Assembly (NCBI GenBank): GCA_018663505.1
Contig: JABJQG010000046.1
Location: 614 to 64,613 of the forward strand
Reading direction: 5' to 3'
From: Pseudobdellovibrionaceae bacterium
Lineage (GTDB): Bacteria > Bdellovibrionota > Bdellovibrionia > Bdellovibrionales > UBA1609
DNA length: 64,000 nt
How positions within the stretch are numbered: position 1 is the first letter of the stretch; the number at the start of each line of letters is the position of its first letter. Position numbers and translations under genes: made by a program. Shown here piece after piece: positions 9,178 to 19,389 of the stretch. Below the pieces are notes generated by a model. It ran no database searches and had not been told where the DNA came from. It worked only from the letters and a program-made list of their open reading frames with translations.

Positions 9178-9377
9178 TTTATACATAGAGGTTCTTAATC
9201 ATAGAGACAAAGGGTGCTATTTTAAATTACATCTAACGGTTCATACTTGATCTTATCAGCAGCTCTTAATTTTAAATATAGAGCACAGGTCTCATCCTGA
9301 TACAGTTTTACTTAATGATATCATATATTTAAGAAAAATACTTGATATTATTATCTAAAAAGACGATAGTAATACTA

Positions 9378-10148
9378 ATGAAAGATTTAATGGAATTGTT
9401 AGTGACATCAGAAACCCGGAAGCAACTTTTGAGATTGCTCTGGCAAGAGGGCGTTGAGGCTTCAGCGCACCAGTTATCCAATTTGTCAGGTTGTTCCTAT
9501 GCATCTGTTTATGATGAGCTTGAGCAGCTGGTTAATGTTGATTTAGTGTTAAAAACTAAGTCAGGAAAATCCAACCTCTATAGTCGTAATTTACAATCGG
9601 AGTTTGCTGAGTCTCTGTGTAACTTAGTGGGAGAGTTAAGATTTCAGACAAACCTAAAGCAATTAGATGAGCAGGAAGTTGAAGCGCATCTTTTTGCTCT
9701 TGGTGCCCCTTTAGGGGGCGCACGGGTTACTCAAAAGAGCTTATCTTTAGAAGAGGCTTTGGTGGCTGGAGTTATGTTAGCACATAAGAATTCCACAGTA
9801 GCCAGAGTCTTGCCAGTAGTCATGGCAAAAAATGTTAGTCACTTTGATTTTGAAAGATTATTTTTTCTTGCCCGAAAAGAAAAAGTATCTAGAGGATTAG
9901 GCTTTTTACTCGACCTGACTGGGACTCTTAGCTCCTCGAGGAAACTAAAGAAATTAGCGCTTAAGCTTATGGATAAGCGGGTTAAGACAAGAAAACCTTT
10001 TTTTGTTTTAACCTCTAAAAAAGGAAAGTATGCACTTCTACTAGAGGAGCAAAATACTCCTGAGTTGGCAAAGAAATGGCATTTTTCCATGAATATGGGA
10101 CTTGATAGTTTTTCAAGTCTTTATAAAAAAGTAATTGAAACGGAGTAG
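9378..10148 (+). CDS. winged-helix (ArsR/MarR-like) DNA-binding protein with an uncharacterised C-terminal domain
   Basis: The ORF runs from the TTG at 9342. I prefer the ATG at 9378 (MKDLMELLVTSETRKQLLRLLW...). HTH-like segment SAHQLSNLSGCSYASVYDELEQLVNVDLV. Confidence 0.6.
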   Translation: MKDLMELLVTSETRKQLLRLLWQEGVEASAHQLSNLSGCSYASVYDELEQLVNVDLVLKTKSGKSNLYSRNLQSEFAESLCNLVGELRFQTNLKQLDEQEVEAHLFALGAPLGGARVTQKSLSLEEALVAGVMLAHKNSTVARVLPVVMAKNVSHFDFERLFFLARKEKVSRGLGFLLDLTGTLSSSRKLKKLALKLMDKRVKTRKPFFVLTSKKGKYALLLEEQNTPELAKKWHFSMNMGLDSFSSLYKKVIETE

Positions 10149-10151
10149 TGA

Positions 10152-10664
10152 ATGCAAAAGTATAGTGCCCCAGAGATTAGGTAATTCCTGAAAACAACGG
10201 ATGAGTTTCTATCCAAAGAAGTTGAGCTTATAATTATTGGAGGAACTGCCGCTGCATTAGCCTATAAGGCGAGTCGACGTACAACAGATGTGGATACATA
10301 TAATTCAATTGGCGACCTCAAAGGGGCCCATGCAAAAGCTCAAAAAAAATTGAACGTGGGAATTGCTCTTGAGCAACCTGCTACTACAGATGCACCTTAT
10401 GAGTTTGAAGATAGATTAGAGGAGTTGGATTTACAGCATAAATATTTAAAAGTATGGGTCCCAGAGGTTCATGATCTAATTTTGATGAAGACAATGAGGG
10501 CTTATGATCATGACCTAGAGGTTATTCAACAAATAGTGGAAGAGAAAGAAAATGAGGTAAAATTGGATGTGCTTGTAGATCGTTTAATTAATGAAATGAC
10601 TCATGTCATAGGTGAACCCGAACGAATTAAAGGTAATTTTTTGGCAGTTGTGGAAAGATCATAA
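10152..10664 (+). pseudogene. small nucleotidyltransferase-fold (DUF6036/AbiEii-like) gene interrupted by an in-frame TAA at codon 11
   Basis: ATG at 10152, 4 nt after the upstream stop, gives MQKYSAPEIR, then TAA (10182-10184). The same frame continues FLKTTDEFLSKEVELIIIGGTAAALAYKASRRTTDVD... The only listed restart (GTG 10290) lies inside the TDVD motif. Confidence 0.5.
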
Positions 10665-11025
10665 GGAGATGGTGCTGCCAAAAAAATAGCTAAGAAATTA
10701 AATCCTTAGTTAACTTAGAATGAGCTTAAACTAGTCAGACAATACATTTGATAATGGCACATAACTAAAAGAGAAACTAGGTCTAGGGATTTGGCGTTTC
10801 TCTGGAAAGGTCTTTGCTATTTTCAACTGCAAATCGCTGACTTTTGAGTAATTTTTATCTCAAATCAATAGGTTTAGTTCGCTTAACAAAATACGACGCA
10901 TTTTTTTTGATCATATTGTTTACACCTAAGAAAAGATTACAATTTAGCCAGAATAATTCTCACAACTAAAGTGGGCCTGTTATAATAAAATCGAAACTCA
11001 TTTGATAGTTTAATTGGAGCAATAT

Positions 11026-11421
11026 ATGAAATTAAAATATAGTTTTCTATTCCTAACAATTCTATTTTCCACTTGTGTAGTATCTGCGGATGTTAAGCCA
11101 TGGTGCGATGCTGATCAAATTTCCACTTATTCAATCAGCGCTACGAGTGTTAATATAACCGATTTATGTGAAGAATTTGCCATTTGTATTCTTCCATCTT
11201 TTGTTATTGAGATTAAGGATGCTGACTCAACTTTAAGTAGTGCTACACATTACATTGACCAGCCATTTGATAGTTTTGAAGGGGATGCAAAAAGTGAAAT
11301 AGTTAAGTTAAAAACACTCTTAATCAAAGCGGCAGAAAAAAAACAGAAAATCAAATATAATATTTGCTTAAATTCGGATGTAAATTTAAATAATTTGTTT
11401 AATCAATTTTCGTTTGAGTAA
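11026..11421 (+). CDS. small hypothetical secreted protein
   Basis: ATG with GGAG 7 nt upstream. Signal-like MKLKYSFLFLTILFSTCVVSA. Confidence 0.55.
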   Translation: MKLKYSFLFLTILFSTCVVSADVKPWCDADQISTYSISATSVNITDLCEEFAICILPSFVIEIKDADSTLSSATHYIDQPFDSFEGDAKSEIVKLKTLLIKAAEKKQKIKYNICLNSDVNLNNLFNQFSFE

Positions 11422-11723
11422 GAGACAGTAATTTCGTACTGAAGACTTATTATAGGAGACAGGATTGGTTTCCTATAATATAAAGTTCAAGTTCGACAAT
11501 TATTTAAGGAAATCTAGGCTGCTCACATTCTCCAGTACATTAGATTAAATAATTTTTATGTTCATTTTCTTGCAAAGAACATGCGTCCAGTCTAGTGACC
11601 TAGTCTGTATTAGATATTGAGACATTACTCCATAAACGGCTCGATGAAATAATATTTTATTCTGTGGTTTTTAAGGTTAAATTTCAGAATTCACAAATAA
11701 CATCTAACGACAATCGGCAAAAC

Positions 11724-13772
11724 TTATTTTAAATAATTCTTTTTTATATATTCTTGCATTTCTATAGACCTATGGACACCTTCTTGAGAGCGGAAATCAA
11801 ATAATAAATGGTTTTCTGTTTCTACAGGTAAGAAATTATACTCTCCGTACCATTGTTTTCCTTGATGGTTGTAGCTGTAAGGAAGTTGGTAGTAAGTGTA
11901 CCCACTATAATTAACTGTTTTCATTTCTTCTAGTTTAAGCTTTTTTAAATCTTTAATTTGCTTATTATGTCTAACTTGTTGAGATAGTAAATCCCAGGCA
12001 ATTTTCTTACTGACTTCACCCTTTGAATAGGGAGATTTATGTTTTTGAACAGAGATTTTACTTATTTTATTATCCATTTCTTTTGTGTACTGTATGTAAT
12101 CACTTGGGTTGTTGTCTCTTCTTTTATATCCATTTGGTGTTTTCTTTTTTGCCATATTTATTATTTTAGAAGTCGCATTGTCAGTAACTATAGGTTGTTT
12201 TTTTGAAAGTGTTGCAACAGTTGAACTTGGACTTGTGTTAGGAGAGCCAAGAGACATATCTAAAACTCGTTTAATTGCACTGATCATAGATTCTGAAGTT
12301 GTTATAAACTCAATATCTTTTATGAAGCTGTCAATGGCAGGGGGTTTTACATTAAGTTTTGCTAGAATATTACGAATAAGTTTTTTCCCAAAGTTAACTT
12401 TTTTAAAAAGACTAAATAAAGATTCGGAAATTTTAGCAACTTTATTGGCTAAAAGAGGCCCTGTGAGTGGAGTGGATGTTCCTCCTGTGAAGACTGATAC
12501 TGCTAAGGATGCAATTAAAACAGTAGCGTCCGCACCTAATCCTCCTAAAAAATAACACATATCATTCATTTCTTTTTGACAATTAACCTTTCCTGCAAGA
12601 AGTGTTTGGTTTTGAGTGACCCCCTGTAGCGGGATGTTTTTATTAGCCACAGCTTTCAATGCTTCAGAAAATGTATGTAATGATATTGTCATTTGGCTTA
12701 ACATTTTATTTCGAAATTTTTCGTCAGTTTCCATTTTTTTCAAGTTATTGGTTAAAAAATTCTCAACTATTCTTGATTTTTCTTCTTTAGACAAATTTTT
12801 AATACTTGATTCAGGCTCATCCTCATTATCATTACTCTTTCCTTTTATGCCCATCAGTGATGCTTGTTCTTGATTAAGTCCTGAGGCAAAAAGAAGATCA
12901 AACAATATATCTAAACCATATCCAGCCGTTTTAAGAGCCAGCTTTAATTCCTCAAGAAAAACTAATGAGCTGCCAGCTCCTTTGATTGCTTTCCAAATAC
13001 ACTCTTTGCCTATTTCTAAATCAGGACTGTCTTGAGAAAAACACCCCTTTTTTTCTTTTTTTTGAATTTTTGCTTTTAAATTACAAATTTGAATAACTAC
13101 TTGATGTAACGAAGTTGTATGTTCACATGTTTGGTGATGTTTATTACAGGGATTAAGCTTGTTTATAGCTCGCATTCGCGCATTATAAAACTTATCACAA
13201 ATAACTTTTTGAAACTGATGTGGATCATGACAGTATTCATTGATTTTACTTAACTCTTCCCAATCTGCTTTTGAAAAGTTTTTAACGACTTCACTTTCTG
13301 GCAGAGCTTTTTTATTACAGTTTTTTGTGGAATATCCATTAGCTTCTACACAGATTCCAGGACCGAAAAGAGCTTTGTTGCACTCTATGTCATTTTCACT
13401 TGTACAGACTCCTTTTTCGGGCCTTTCACAAAATAAACGGTCATTTTTGTTTATTAGTTGGCTCATGTGTCCACCGTAAACACAAGGTTCACCAATGGCA
13501 GCTATGCGTGCATTTGCTTTAGGGAAGAGAATTTGGTGAAGAAGGCTATATTTTTGTGAGCCTAAATTCAAATTATAAAAATGTTCAGCCTCAATATATA
13601 TATTACGAAGTTCTTTAATATAATCAACTCTTTGAAATTTAGAAAGCTGGTTGTATTCATAGCTATTTAATACATAGCCTTCTTTTAGACTTTCTGCTGC
13701 AAAGGCAGTAAAAGGTGTCAGTGTGATTAAGCATAAAGTGAATACCTGGCGAAGATATTTGTTCATATTCAA
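11724..13772 (-). CDS. hypothetical secreted protein with a Cys-rich N-terminal half
   Basis: 682-aa ORF with signal peptide (LITLTPFTAFA) and many Cys in aa 90-250. No family recognised. Confidence 0.7.
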   Translation of the reverse strand: MNMNKYLRQVFTLCLITLTPFTAFAAESLKEGYVLNSYEYNQLSKFQRVDYIKELRNIYIEAEHFYNLNLGSQKYSLLHQILFPKANARIAAIGEPCVYGGHMSQLINKNDRLFCERPEKGVCTSENDIECNKALFGPGICVEANGYSTKNCNKKALPESEVVKNFSKADWEELSKINEYCHDPHQFQKVICDKFYNARMRAINKLNPCNKHHQTCEHTTSLHQVVIQICNLKAKIQKKEKKGCFSQDSPDLEIGKECIWKAIKGAGSSLVFLEELKLALKTAGYGLDILFDLLFASGLNQEQASLMGIKGKSNDNEDEPESSIKNLSKEEKSRIVENFLTNNLKKMETDEKFRNKMLSQMTISLHTFSEALKAVANKNIPLQGVTQNQTLLAGKVNCQKEMNDMCYFLGGLGADATVLIASLAVSVFTGGTSTPLTGPLLANKVAKISESLFSLFKKVNFGKKLIRNILAKLNVKPPAIDSFIKDIEFITTSESMISAIKRVLDMSLGSPNTSPSSTVATLSKKQPIVTDNATSKIINMAKKKTPNGYKRRDNNPSDYIQYTKEMDNKISKISVQKHKSPYSKGEVSKKIAWDLLSQQVRHNKQIKDLKKLKLEEMKTVNYSGYTYYQLPYSYNHQGKQWYGEYNFLPVETENHLLFDFRSQEGVHRSIEMQEYIKKNYLK

Positions 13773-14049
13773 TTTATCGGAAATATGGCAAGAAAAATAG
13801 CATTACATCAAAGATTATAGCCAATAGTCTTGAGGCAAGTTACGAGAGACAAATGACGTATAACCCTATGATTTTTGTGAATTTATCATTCTTGGTATAT
13901 AAATCAAAAATTGATACCCCCTGATCTTTATTTTAAGGGCAAGGCTCTAAATTAATGTAAAATTTTTTGAATTTCCTTTCAAATTAAGATTAATCATTGA
14001 AATAAGCATCAAATAGGGGAATTATAGCCCGTAATTATAGGGGCTAGTC

Positions 14050-16356
14050 ATGATTAAGACATTAGATACTATTACTGAAGATCATAAAGAAAGTGTTGGA
14101 GGCAAAGCTTATTCTTTAGCTTTTATGCACCAAAGGGGCATATTTGTTCCTCCGGCCATTGTCCTTAGTGAGATTCCTACCGCCGAAGAGTGGCAAGGGA
14201 TAAAAAAATGGTGGAATAATTTGGGAGAGATCTCCTTAGCTGCCAGAAGCTCAGCTGTGGGAGAGGACTCAGAGGATTTTAGTTTTGCAGGACAGTTTAT
14301 ATCTATTTTAGATATTCAGAATTTTTCTGAATTAGAAAATGCAGTGGTCACATGCTTTAATTCTTTAAAAAGAAAATCGGGACAAGCTTATCAAGAATTT
14401 TTTAGTCATAAAGCTCCCAAGATGAATGTGGTAATTCAACAAATGGTAGAGCCACAATTTTCTGGTGTGTTTTTTTCCATGGATCCCACCAAACAAGAGG
14501 ACAATTCTCAATGGGTAGTGGAAATGGTGGAAGGCGTAGGGGAAACCTTAGTTTCAGGCCAAGTGACTCCATATTATTTTTCAAAAAAGAGTTATCCTGA
14601 AGATCTACCTCATAAATTTAAAAAGAAATATTTAGAGGAAATCTTAAAACAAGGGGAGAAAGTACGGGCATATTATGACTTTCATATTGATATGGAGTGG
14701 TCCATAGATATGCAAGGAAACTTGTGGATATTGCAAGCACGACCAGTTACTGCTAGAAATAGTCAGTCCTCTCATAAACAGATAATTGATTGGGAGTTAA
14801 AAAGATTAAAAAATAGTTATAGTGAAGAGAATATTTGGGATGGGCAAACTTTTGCGGAATGGACGGGTGTGCCTTCTGAGCTTACATTTAGTGTTTGGCA
14901 AAAGGCTTTTGCTGCTGATGGGGCCTATGGAGCTGCCTTAAAAGAAATTGGTTATGCTGGGTTTAGGGATGGAGAGGATAAAGAAAGCCTGCTTGAACGT
15001 GTTTTTGGTAGAGCATACCTTAATTTATCATTACTTGAGCCCTTATATTTTGGTGAAATCCCTTTTAATATTGTAGCGGACCCACGACCTCATTTGAAAT
15101 TTTCTTGGAAAAAATTGACTTTAAAATCTCTATTTCTCGCCCCATTATCATTTTTTAGAATGTTACGTGTGGGTTGGAGGGTTCAGAGCTATCGTAAGGA
15201 CTATATAGATAAGGCAGAAAAAGCCCTGATACAATTTGAAGAAAAAGAGCTTAAATATTCTTATGCACCTGAGCAATATGAAAAGTGGACCTCGGATCAG
15301 CTATTAAAAGAAATTAATGATGCCGAATCATTGTTTACTCAAAAGGCATTGAAGTGGCCTTTTGTTTTAATTATTTTAATCGAATCTACAACACAAGGGC
15401 TAGAGAAATTTCTTAAAAAATCATTTGGTGAAAACGGCTCTAAGCAAATGCTTAATGAATGGATGAGTCATGGTTTGCACACAGAAACCATGGCCATGTA
15501 TGATATTTTTAATGAATCTGAGTTGACTAAGGATAAAGTCTTTAACTTTTATAGTGCTTATGGACACAGAGCCACAGGTGAGCTAGAGCTCTCTCACCCT
15601 CGTTGGATTGAGCTTAGTGATACACTTTTTAAAAAGGATAAGAAAAACAAAAAATATATTTCTAAAAAAGTTTTTGATGAGAACTATATATACGATAAAA
15701 TTAAAGAAGCTCCTTTGCTTTATCGACAAGTTCTTAAGGAAGAATGGGAAATATTAAGATCACTTTTAGAGCTTCGCGAAACTTGGAAGATGCAAATAAT
15801 GAAACCTTATGCGCGTTTAAGATGGTATGTCTTAGAGTTGGGGCGTAGGTTAAATTTAAATAATGAGGTGTTTTGGTACTCCTTAGATGAAATTTCGAAT
15901 ATGATATTTGATGATATTAATGTATTGGAACGAAAACAAAAATCAAAAATCTTTTCTCATATTAATTTTCCAACGGTAGTTTCTTTAGAGCAGATTGAAA
16001 AGTCTCTAAAGGGAGAATTCAATCATTCTCAAAAAATTATGGAGGGTGTTGGTATTTCACCGGGAATGGTCTATGGAGAAATAAAAGTTATTAAAGACCC
16101 GCAAAAAGAAATGGATGAAGACTGGCCAGAAAATATTATTATTGTGGCCGAAGCTACAGATCCAGGTTGGACCCCTTTATTTCAAAAAGCCAAAGGGATA
16201 ATTGTGAGTAAGGGGGGTGTTTTGTCACATTGTGCTATTGTAGCAAGAGAAATGGCATTACCTGCTGTAAGTGGAGTTAATAATTGCAGTCACATCTTTA
16301 AAGATGGACAGAAAGTGTGGTTAGATGGAAGTCATGGACGTATATCAGTGGATTGA
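14050..16356 (+). CDS. PEP-utilising enzyme family protein (PpsA-N ATP-grasp plus C-terminal swivel His domain; rifampin-phosphotransferase-like layout)
   Basis: N-terminus KESVGGKAYSLAFMHQRGIFVPP. C-terminus GISPGMVYGE...IIVAEATDPGWTPLFQKAKGIIVSKGGVLSHCAIVAREMALPAVSG. No TIM-barrel PEP-binding domain follows the His domain. Confidence 0.85.
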   Translation: MIKTLDTITEDHKESVGGKAYSLAFMHQRGIFVPPAIVLSEIPTAEEWQGIKKWWNNLGEISLAARSSAVGEDSEDFSFAGQFISILDIQNFSELENAVVTCFNSLKRKSGQAYQEFFSHKAPKMNVVIQQMVEPQFSGVFFSMDPTKQEDNSQWVVEMVEGVGETLVSGQVTPYYFSKKSYPEDLPHKFKKKYLEEILKQGEKVRAYYDFHIDMEWSIDMQGNLWILQARPVTARNSQSSHKQIIDWELKRLKNSYSEENIWDGQTFAEWTGVPSELTFSVWQKAFAADGAYGAALKEIGYAGFRDGEDKESLLERVFGRAYLNLSLLEPLYFGEIPFNIVADPRPHLKFSWKKLTLKSLFLAPLSFFRMLRVGWRVQSYRKDYIDKAEKALIQFEEKELKYSYAPEQYEKWTSDQLLKEINDAESLFTQKALKWPFVLIILIESTTQGLEKFLKKSFGENGSKQMLNEWMSHGLHTETMAMYDIFNESELTKDKVFNFYSAYGHRATGELELSHPRWIELSDTLFKKDKKNKKYISKKVFDENYIYDKIKEAPLLYRQVLKEEWEILRSLLELRETWKMQIMKPYARLRWYVLELGRRLNLNNEVFWYSLDEISNMIFDDINVLERKQKSKIFSHINFPTVVSLEQIEKSLKGEFNHSQKIMEGVGISPGMVYGEIKVIKDPQKEMDEDWPENIIIVAEATDPGWTPLFQKAKGIIVSKGGVLSHCAIVAREMALPAVSGVNNCSHIFKDGQKVWLDGSHGRISVD

Positions 16357-17797
16357 GCTTTATGGTGTTAAGCAAGCCATTATACCCACTGTAGTATTGC
16401 CTTTTACAATACTTGGTGTGCTGTTGACCATGCTTGCCACCTTTATTGCAGGTTTGTTTGGTATTCAATTAAAGGCTGAGGGACCAAGGAAACTACTGGA
16501 AGTTTTGTTAAAACCTCGGATATTACTCACGGCACTTATTGTAAATCTGCTGAGTGTAGGTGGATACTATGGTTATCAATGGGTGAAAACATATCCCTCG
16601 TTTTTATGGACGATTAATAATAATAATCCAGTAAACACTTTGGCCACAGACCAACATTATAAAGATGTTTTTTTTGAGAAAAATAATTTTACACAACCAC
16701 TGATCAAAAAAGCTATTAAGAATGTAAAACTCAGTTGGGAAACCAAGATTCCTAAGGGGTCATTTGGAGGTTTAATTATCTCTGGAAACTCTTTGTTTTT
16801 TGGCTCCGGTGATGGCAATGGTTATGAGGTAGACAAAAACTCTGGTAAAATATTGAGGAAGTTTTATGTTGGTCAGCCAGTGACACCTCGTCCAGTGGTT
16901 TGGAAAAATTATTTGTATTTGGCAGAGGGAGTTCACCTTACACATCATGCACGAATTTATCAATTTGATTTAATGACTGGTCAACTAATTAACTCTTTTC
17001 AGTCTACTGGGCATATTGAAGGAGCCCTTAGCTTATATAGTTTTAAGGATGATGAGAAACAAAAAAATATAATTTTTGTTTCTTCAGGTCGAGACGGGTT
17101 GCATGCACTAAATGCGGAAGACCTATCACCGTTTTGGCACTCTAGTGTGGGTCATATAGATGCCTCTGTAAAGGTGGTGAATGATTTAGTATATGTTACT
17201 ACAGGTATGGAGAAGGGCGAAAAAAGAGAAAATCAACAAGCCTATGCAATAGATATTAAAACCGGAAAAACAAAGTGGGTAGCAGAACTTCCGGCCTCTG
17301 GTTGGGTTTCATCAGTGGTTTATGGAACAGAAATTTGCTTTGGTTTAGGTGAGGTATATTTTCGTAGAAACTATGGCCAGATTGCTTGTTTTGATCAAAT
17401 GACTGGAGAGTCAACATGGGCTGTGAATCAAGGGGCAAGCCTTATAGGTCGTCCAATGATAGTTAAAGACACTCTGTATATTTCTGATTTTTTTGGTGGT
17501 ATTTATGCTTACCATATGAAAACTCGAAAAAAGCTTTGGTATATTAAAACTAAGGTTAAAAAGTATGCCTATGCCCCAGTTGCTTATAATGGCAACGGGC
17601 ATATTATTTACCCCACAGTGTTAGATGGACTCATATTTATCAATGGTGAAACTGGCTCTATTGATTTTAGTTGGCAGCCAAAAAATCTTAAAAAAGATTG
17701 GTATATCTCTCTAGCGGGTGTGGCTGTGGACAACGAAAACTCGGCATATCTCATTGATTGGAAGGGCCGTTTACGTAAATTTGATACATCTTACTGA
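16325..17797 (+). CDS. membrane-anchored PQQ-like (BamB-type) beta-propeller repeat protein
   Basis: Two N-terminal TM helices. Repeats of the type YEVDKNSGKILRKF, YQFDLMTGQLINSF, YAIDIKTGKTKWV, IACFDQMTGESTWAV and IYAYHMKTRKKLWY. The listed start overlaps the upstream gene by 32 nt, and ATG 16334 is also possible. Confidence 0.75.
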   Translation: MEVMDVYQWIELYGVKQAIIPTVVLPFTILGVLLTMLATFIAGLFGIQLKAEGPRKLLEVLLKPRILLTALIVNLLSVGGYYGYQWVKTYPSFLWTINNNNPVNTLATDQHYKDVFFEKNNFTQPLIKKAIKNVKLSWETKIPKGSFGGLIISGNSLFFGSGDGNGYEVDKNSGKILRKFYVGQPVTPRPVVWKNYLYLAEGVHLTHHARIYQFDLMTGQLINSFQSTGHIEGALSLYSFKDDEKQKNIIFVSSGRDGLHALNAEDLSPFWHSSVGHIDASVKVVNDLVYVTTGMEKGEKRENQQAYAIDIKTGKTKWVAELPASGWVSSVVYGTEICFGLGEVYFRRNYGQIACFDQMTGESTWAVNQGASLIGRPMIVKDTLYISDFFGGIYAYHMKTRKKLWYIKTKVKKYAYAPVAYNGNGHIIYPTVLDGLIFINGETGSIDFSWQPKNLKKDWYISLAGVAVDNENSAYLIDWKGRLRKFDTSY

Positions 17798-17812
17798 GTA
17801 CGAGTTTACTAA

Positions 17813-19204
17813 TTAATCAGTAATGCCAATTGCACTTTTTATTTCGACGATTCGCTTCTGCATTGTTGTTACGGGGTGTTCATTTGAAGCAAGTCCCTCA
17901 GTGACCTCCATATTATCGTTATATCGAGCTAATACTGTGGAAGAATCCTTTTTATTTAATTCTACAAAGGTTTCGTAATGTTTGTTTACCTCAACAAAGA
18001 ACATAAATAAATTATTCTGAATTTGCTGTTGTTGTTTGTTTTGGCTATTTATAAAATATTTATAATCATTAATTGAAGGGTCTGCTGGATGTTCATATAT
18101 GAATTGTGCTTGGTTAACAATTAATCTATCTAACCAATCTTTTAGTTTATAGTTAAAATTAGGCAAGAGGTCTATTTTAGAACGATTTATGCTAGCAAAA
18201 CTTGCCCCTAGGTGGAAATCAATAACCTGGAACAAATCACCAATTTCAAAGTAATCTTTAATTTGCTTAGCATCAATTAAATGTAAAGGAATAAAGGCAG
18301 AAAGGTTATCTAAGTCTCTTGATGCAATTTGAAAGAGAAATTTAATAAACTCCTCCCTAATTTTTATTTCGGATAACATTTGTACATCATTAATTTTATT
18401 TGTTTTGTTCGTTGGTATAGTTCTTAAATAATCTGCAAACTTAAATAAATATAGCATTCTATTTTTTATTGGTGACATCAATTTTTCTGTAAGTAATATG
18501 TTGAGTATATGAAATGAGATGTCATGAATAATCTCTCTCTCAGCTAATGGAAATTGCTTATCAATAAAAAATCTTCTTAGAAAGATTTCTCCGTAACTAG
18601 CATTGTTATCTGATTCCCATTTGTTGTGCTGTAATTTATCAATGTAGAGGTATGGAATCTCAACCAATCCTTTGGACCTCAGTTCAATGTTGATTCTTTG
18701 GATATTTAAATTCAAGAGTTGTGCGTTTGGTATAATAAGAGTTCTTTCATCAACTAAACGAATTCCTAAGGAGGCGGCTAGTTTTGAGCCAAGAATAGAA
18801 ATTACCCACGTTGGGTTACCTTCAACTGTAAACGTTGATGTTGCATGCTTTGACTGCCAAGTATCACTAATTCTTTTTAAAGTGTATTCACCTTGTCCAT
18901 GCTCACCGTTGATTTTTAGTTTACCAACATTGACAGCTTTTTGTTCACTAAATATCTCGAATGCTGTTTCTGGCTCTGGAAGTTTTTTTGCAAGTTCTTC
19001 ATGTTTTGACTCCACAAATTGGTTTGCATGAAAAGTGGTAGAATGTGCGTTTTGGTGATCGGCAAAGAGTTTATAACAACTGTTATCTCCATAAAGTATT
19101 TTTGCCTGCATTATGGATATTACAAAAAGAGTCTTTAAAATTAAATTAAAGTGAGAAATCTGTGGTCTGCTAATGACAGAATGTATTCTTTTAAATGAAG
19201 CCAT
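17813..19204 (-). CDS. hypothetical protein
   Basis: 463-aa ORF with a possible long signal sequence (NLILKTLFVISIMQA). No family recognised. Confidence 0.65.
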   Translation of the reverse strand: MASFKRIHSVISRPQISHFNLILKTLFVISIMQAKILYGDNSCYKLFADHQNAHSTTFHANQFVESKHEELAKKLPEPETAFEIFSEQKAVNVGKLKINGEHGQGEYTLKRISDTWQSKHATSTFTVEGNPTWVISILGSKLAASLGIRLVDERTLIIPNAQLLNLNIQRINIELRSKGLVEIPYLYIDKLQHNKWESDNNASYGEIFLRRFFIDKQFPLAEREIIHDISFHILNILLTEKLMSPIKNRMLYLFKFADYLRTIPTNKTNKINDVQMLSEIKIREEFIKFLFQIASRDLDNLSAFIPLHLIDAKQIKDYFEIGDLFQVIDFHLGASFASINRSKIDLLPNFNYKLKDWLDRLIVNQAQFIYEHPADPSINDYKYFINSQNKQQQQIQNNLFMFFVEVNKHYETFVELNKKDSSTVLARYNDNMEVTEGLASNEHPVTTMQKRIVEIKSAIGITD

Positions 19205-19215
19205 ATATTATAAAT

Positions 19216-19231
19216 AGCATATATTGTGCCA
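19216..19231 (-). promoter_or_regulatory. sigma-54-type -24/-12 box candidate (near-consensus)
   Basis: Minus strand reads TGGCACAATATATGCT with GG-N10-GC spacing. It ends only about 12 nt before the ATG at 19204, so it implies a leaderless mRNA, a downstream start or chance. Confidence 0.3.
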
Positions 19232-19389
19232 GTATGTGGGAAATAGGGTGGTTTAGCACTAATTTAGCTAATTTAAAGTGATCACCTGACAATTCTTGCT
19301 AACGTTTGTGGTGTAATTTGACAGTGGGAAAGGTCTTTAGCTTATTTGTGGGAGCTCTAAATTACAGCACATAGAGAACTTGCCCAAAA

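Noticed and set aside
10182-10184. In-frame TAA as programmed recoding
   Set aside because: TAA is not a known selenocysteine or pyrrolysine codon, and no recoding signal is evident. A nonsense mutation or sequencing error is the simpler explanation.
14050-16356. Annotation as genuine phosphoenolpyruvate synthase (ppsA)
   Set aside because: The protein ends with the swivel His domain and has no C-terminal PEP/pyruvate-binding TIM barrel. I therefore kept it as a PEP-utilising family enzyme of unknown substrate.
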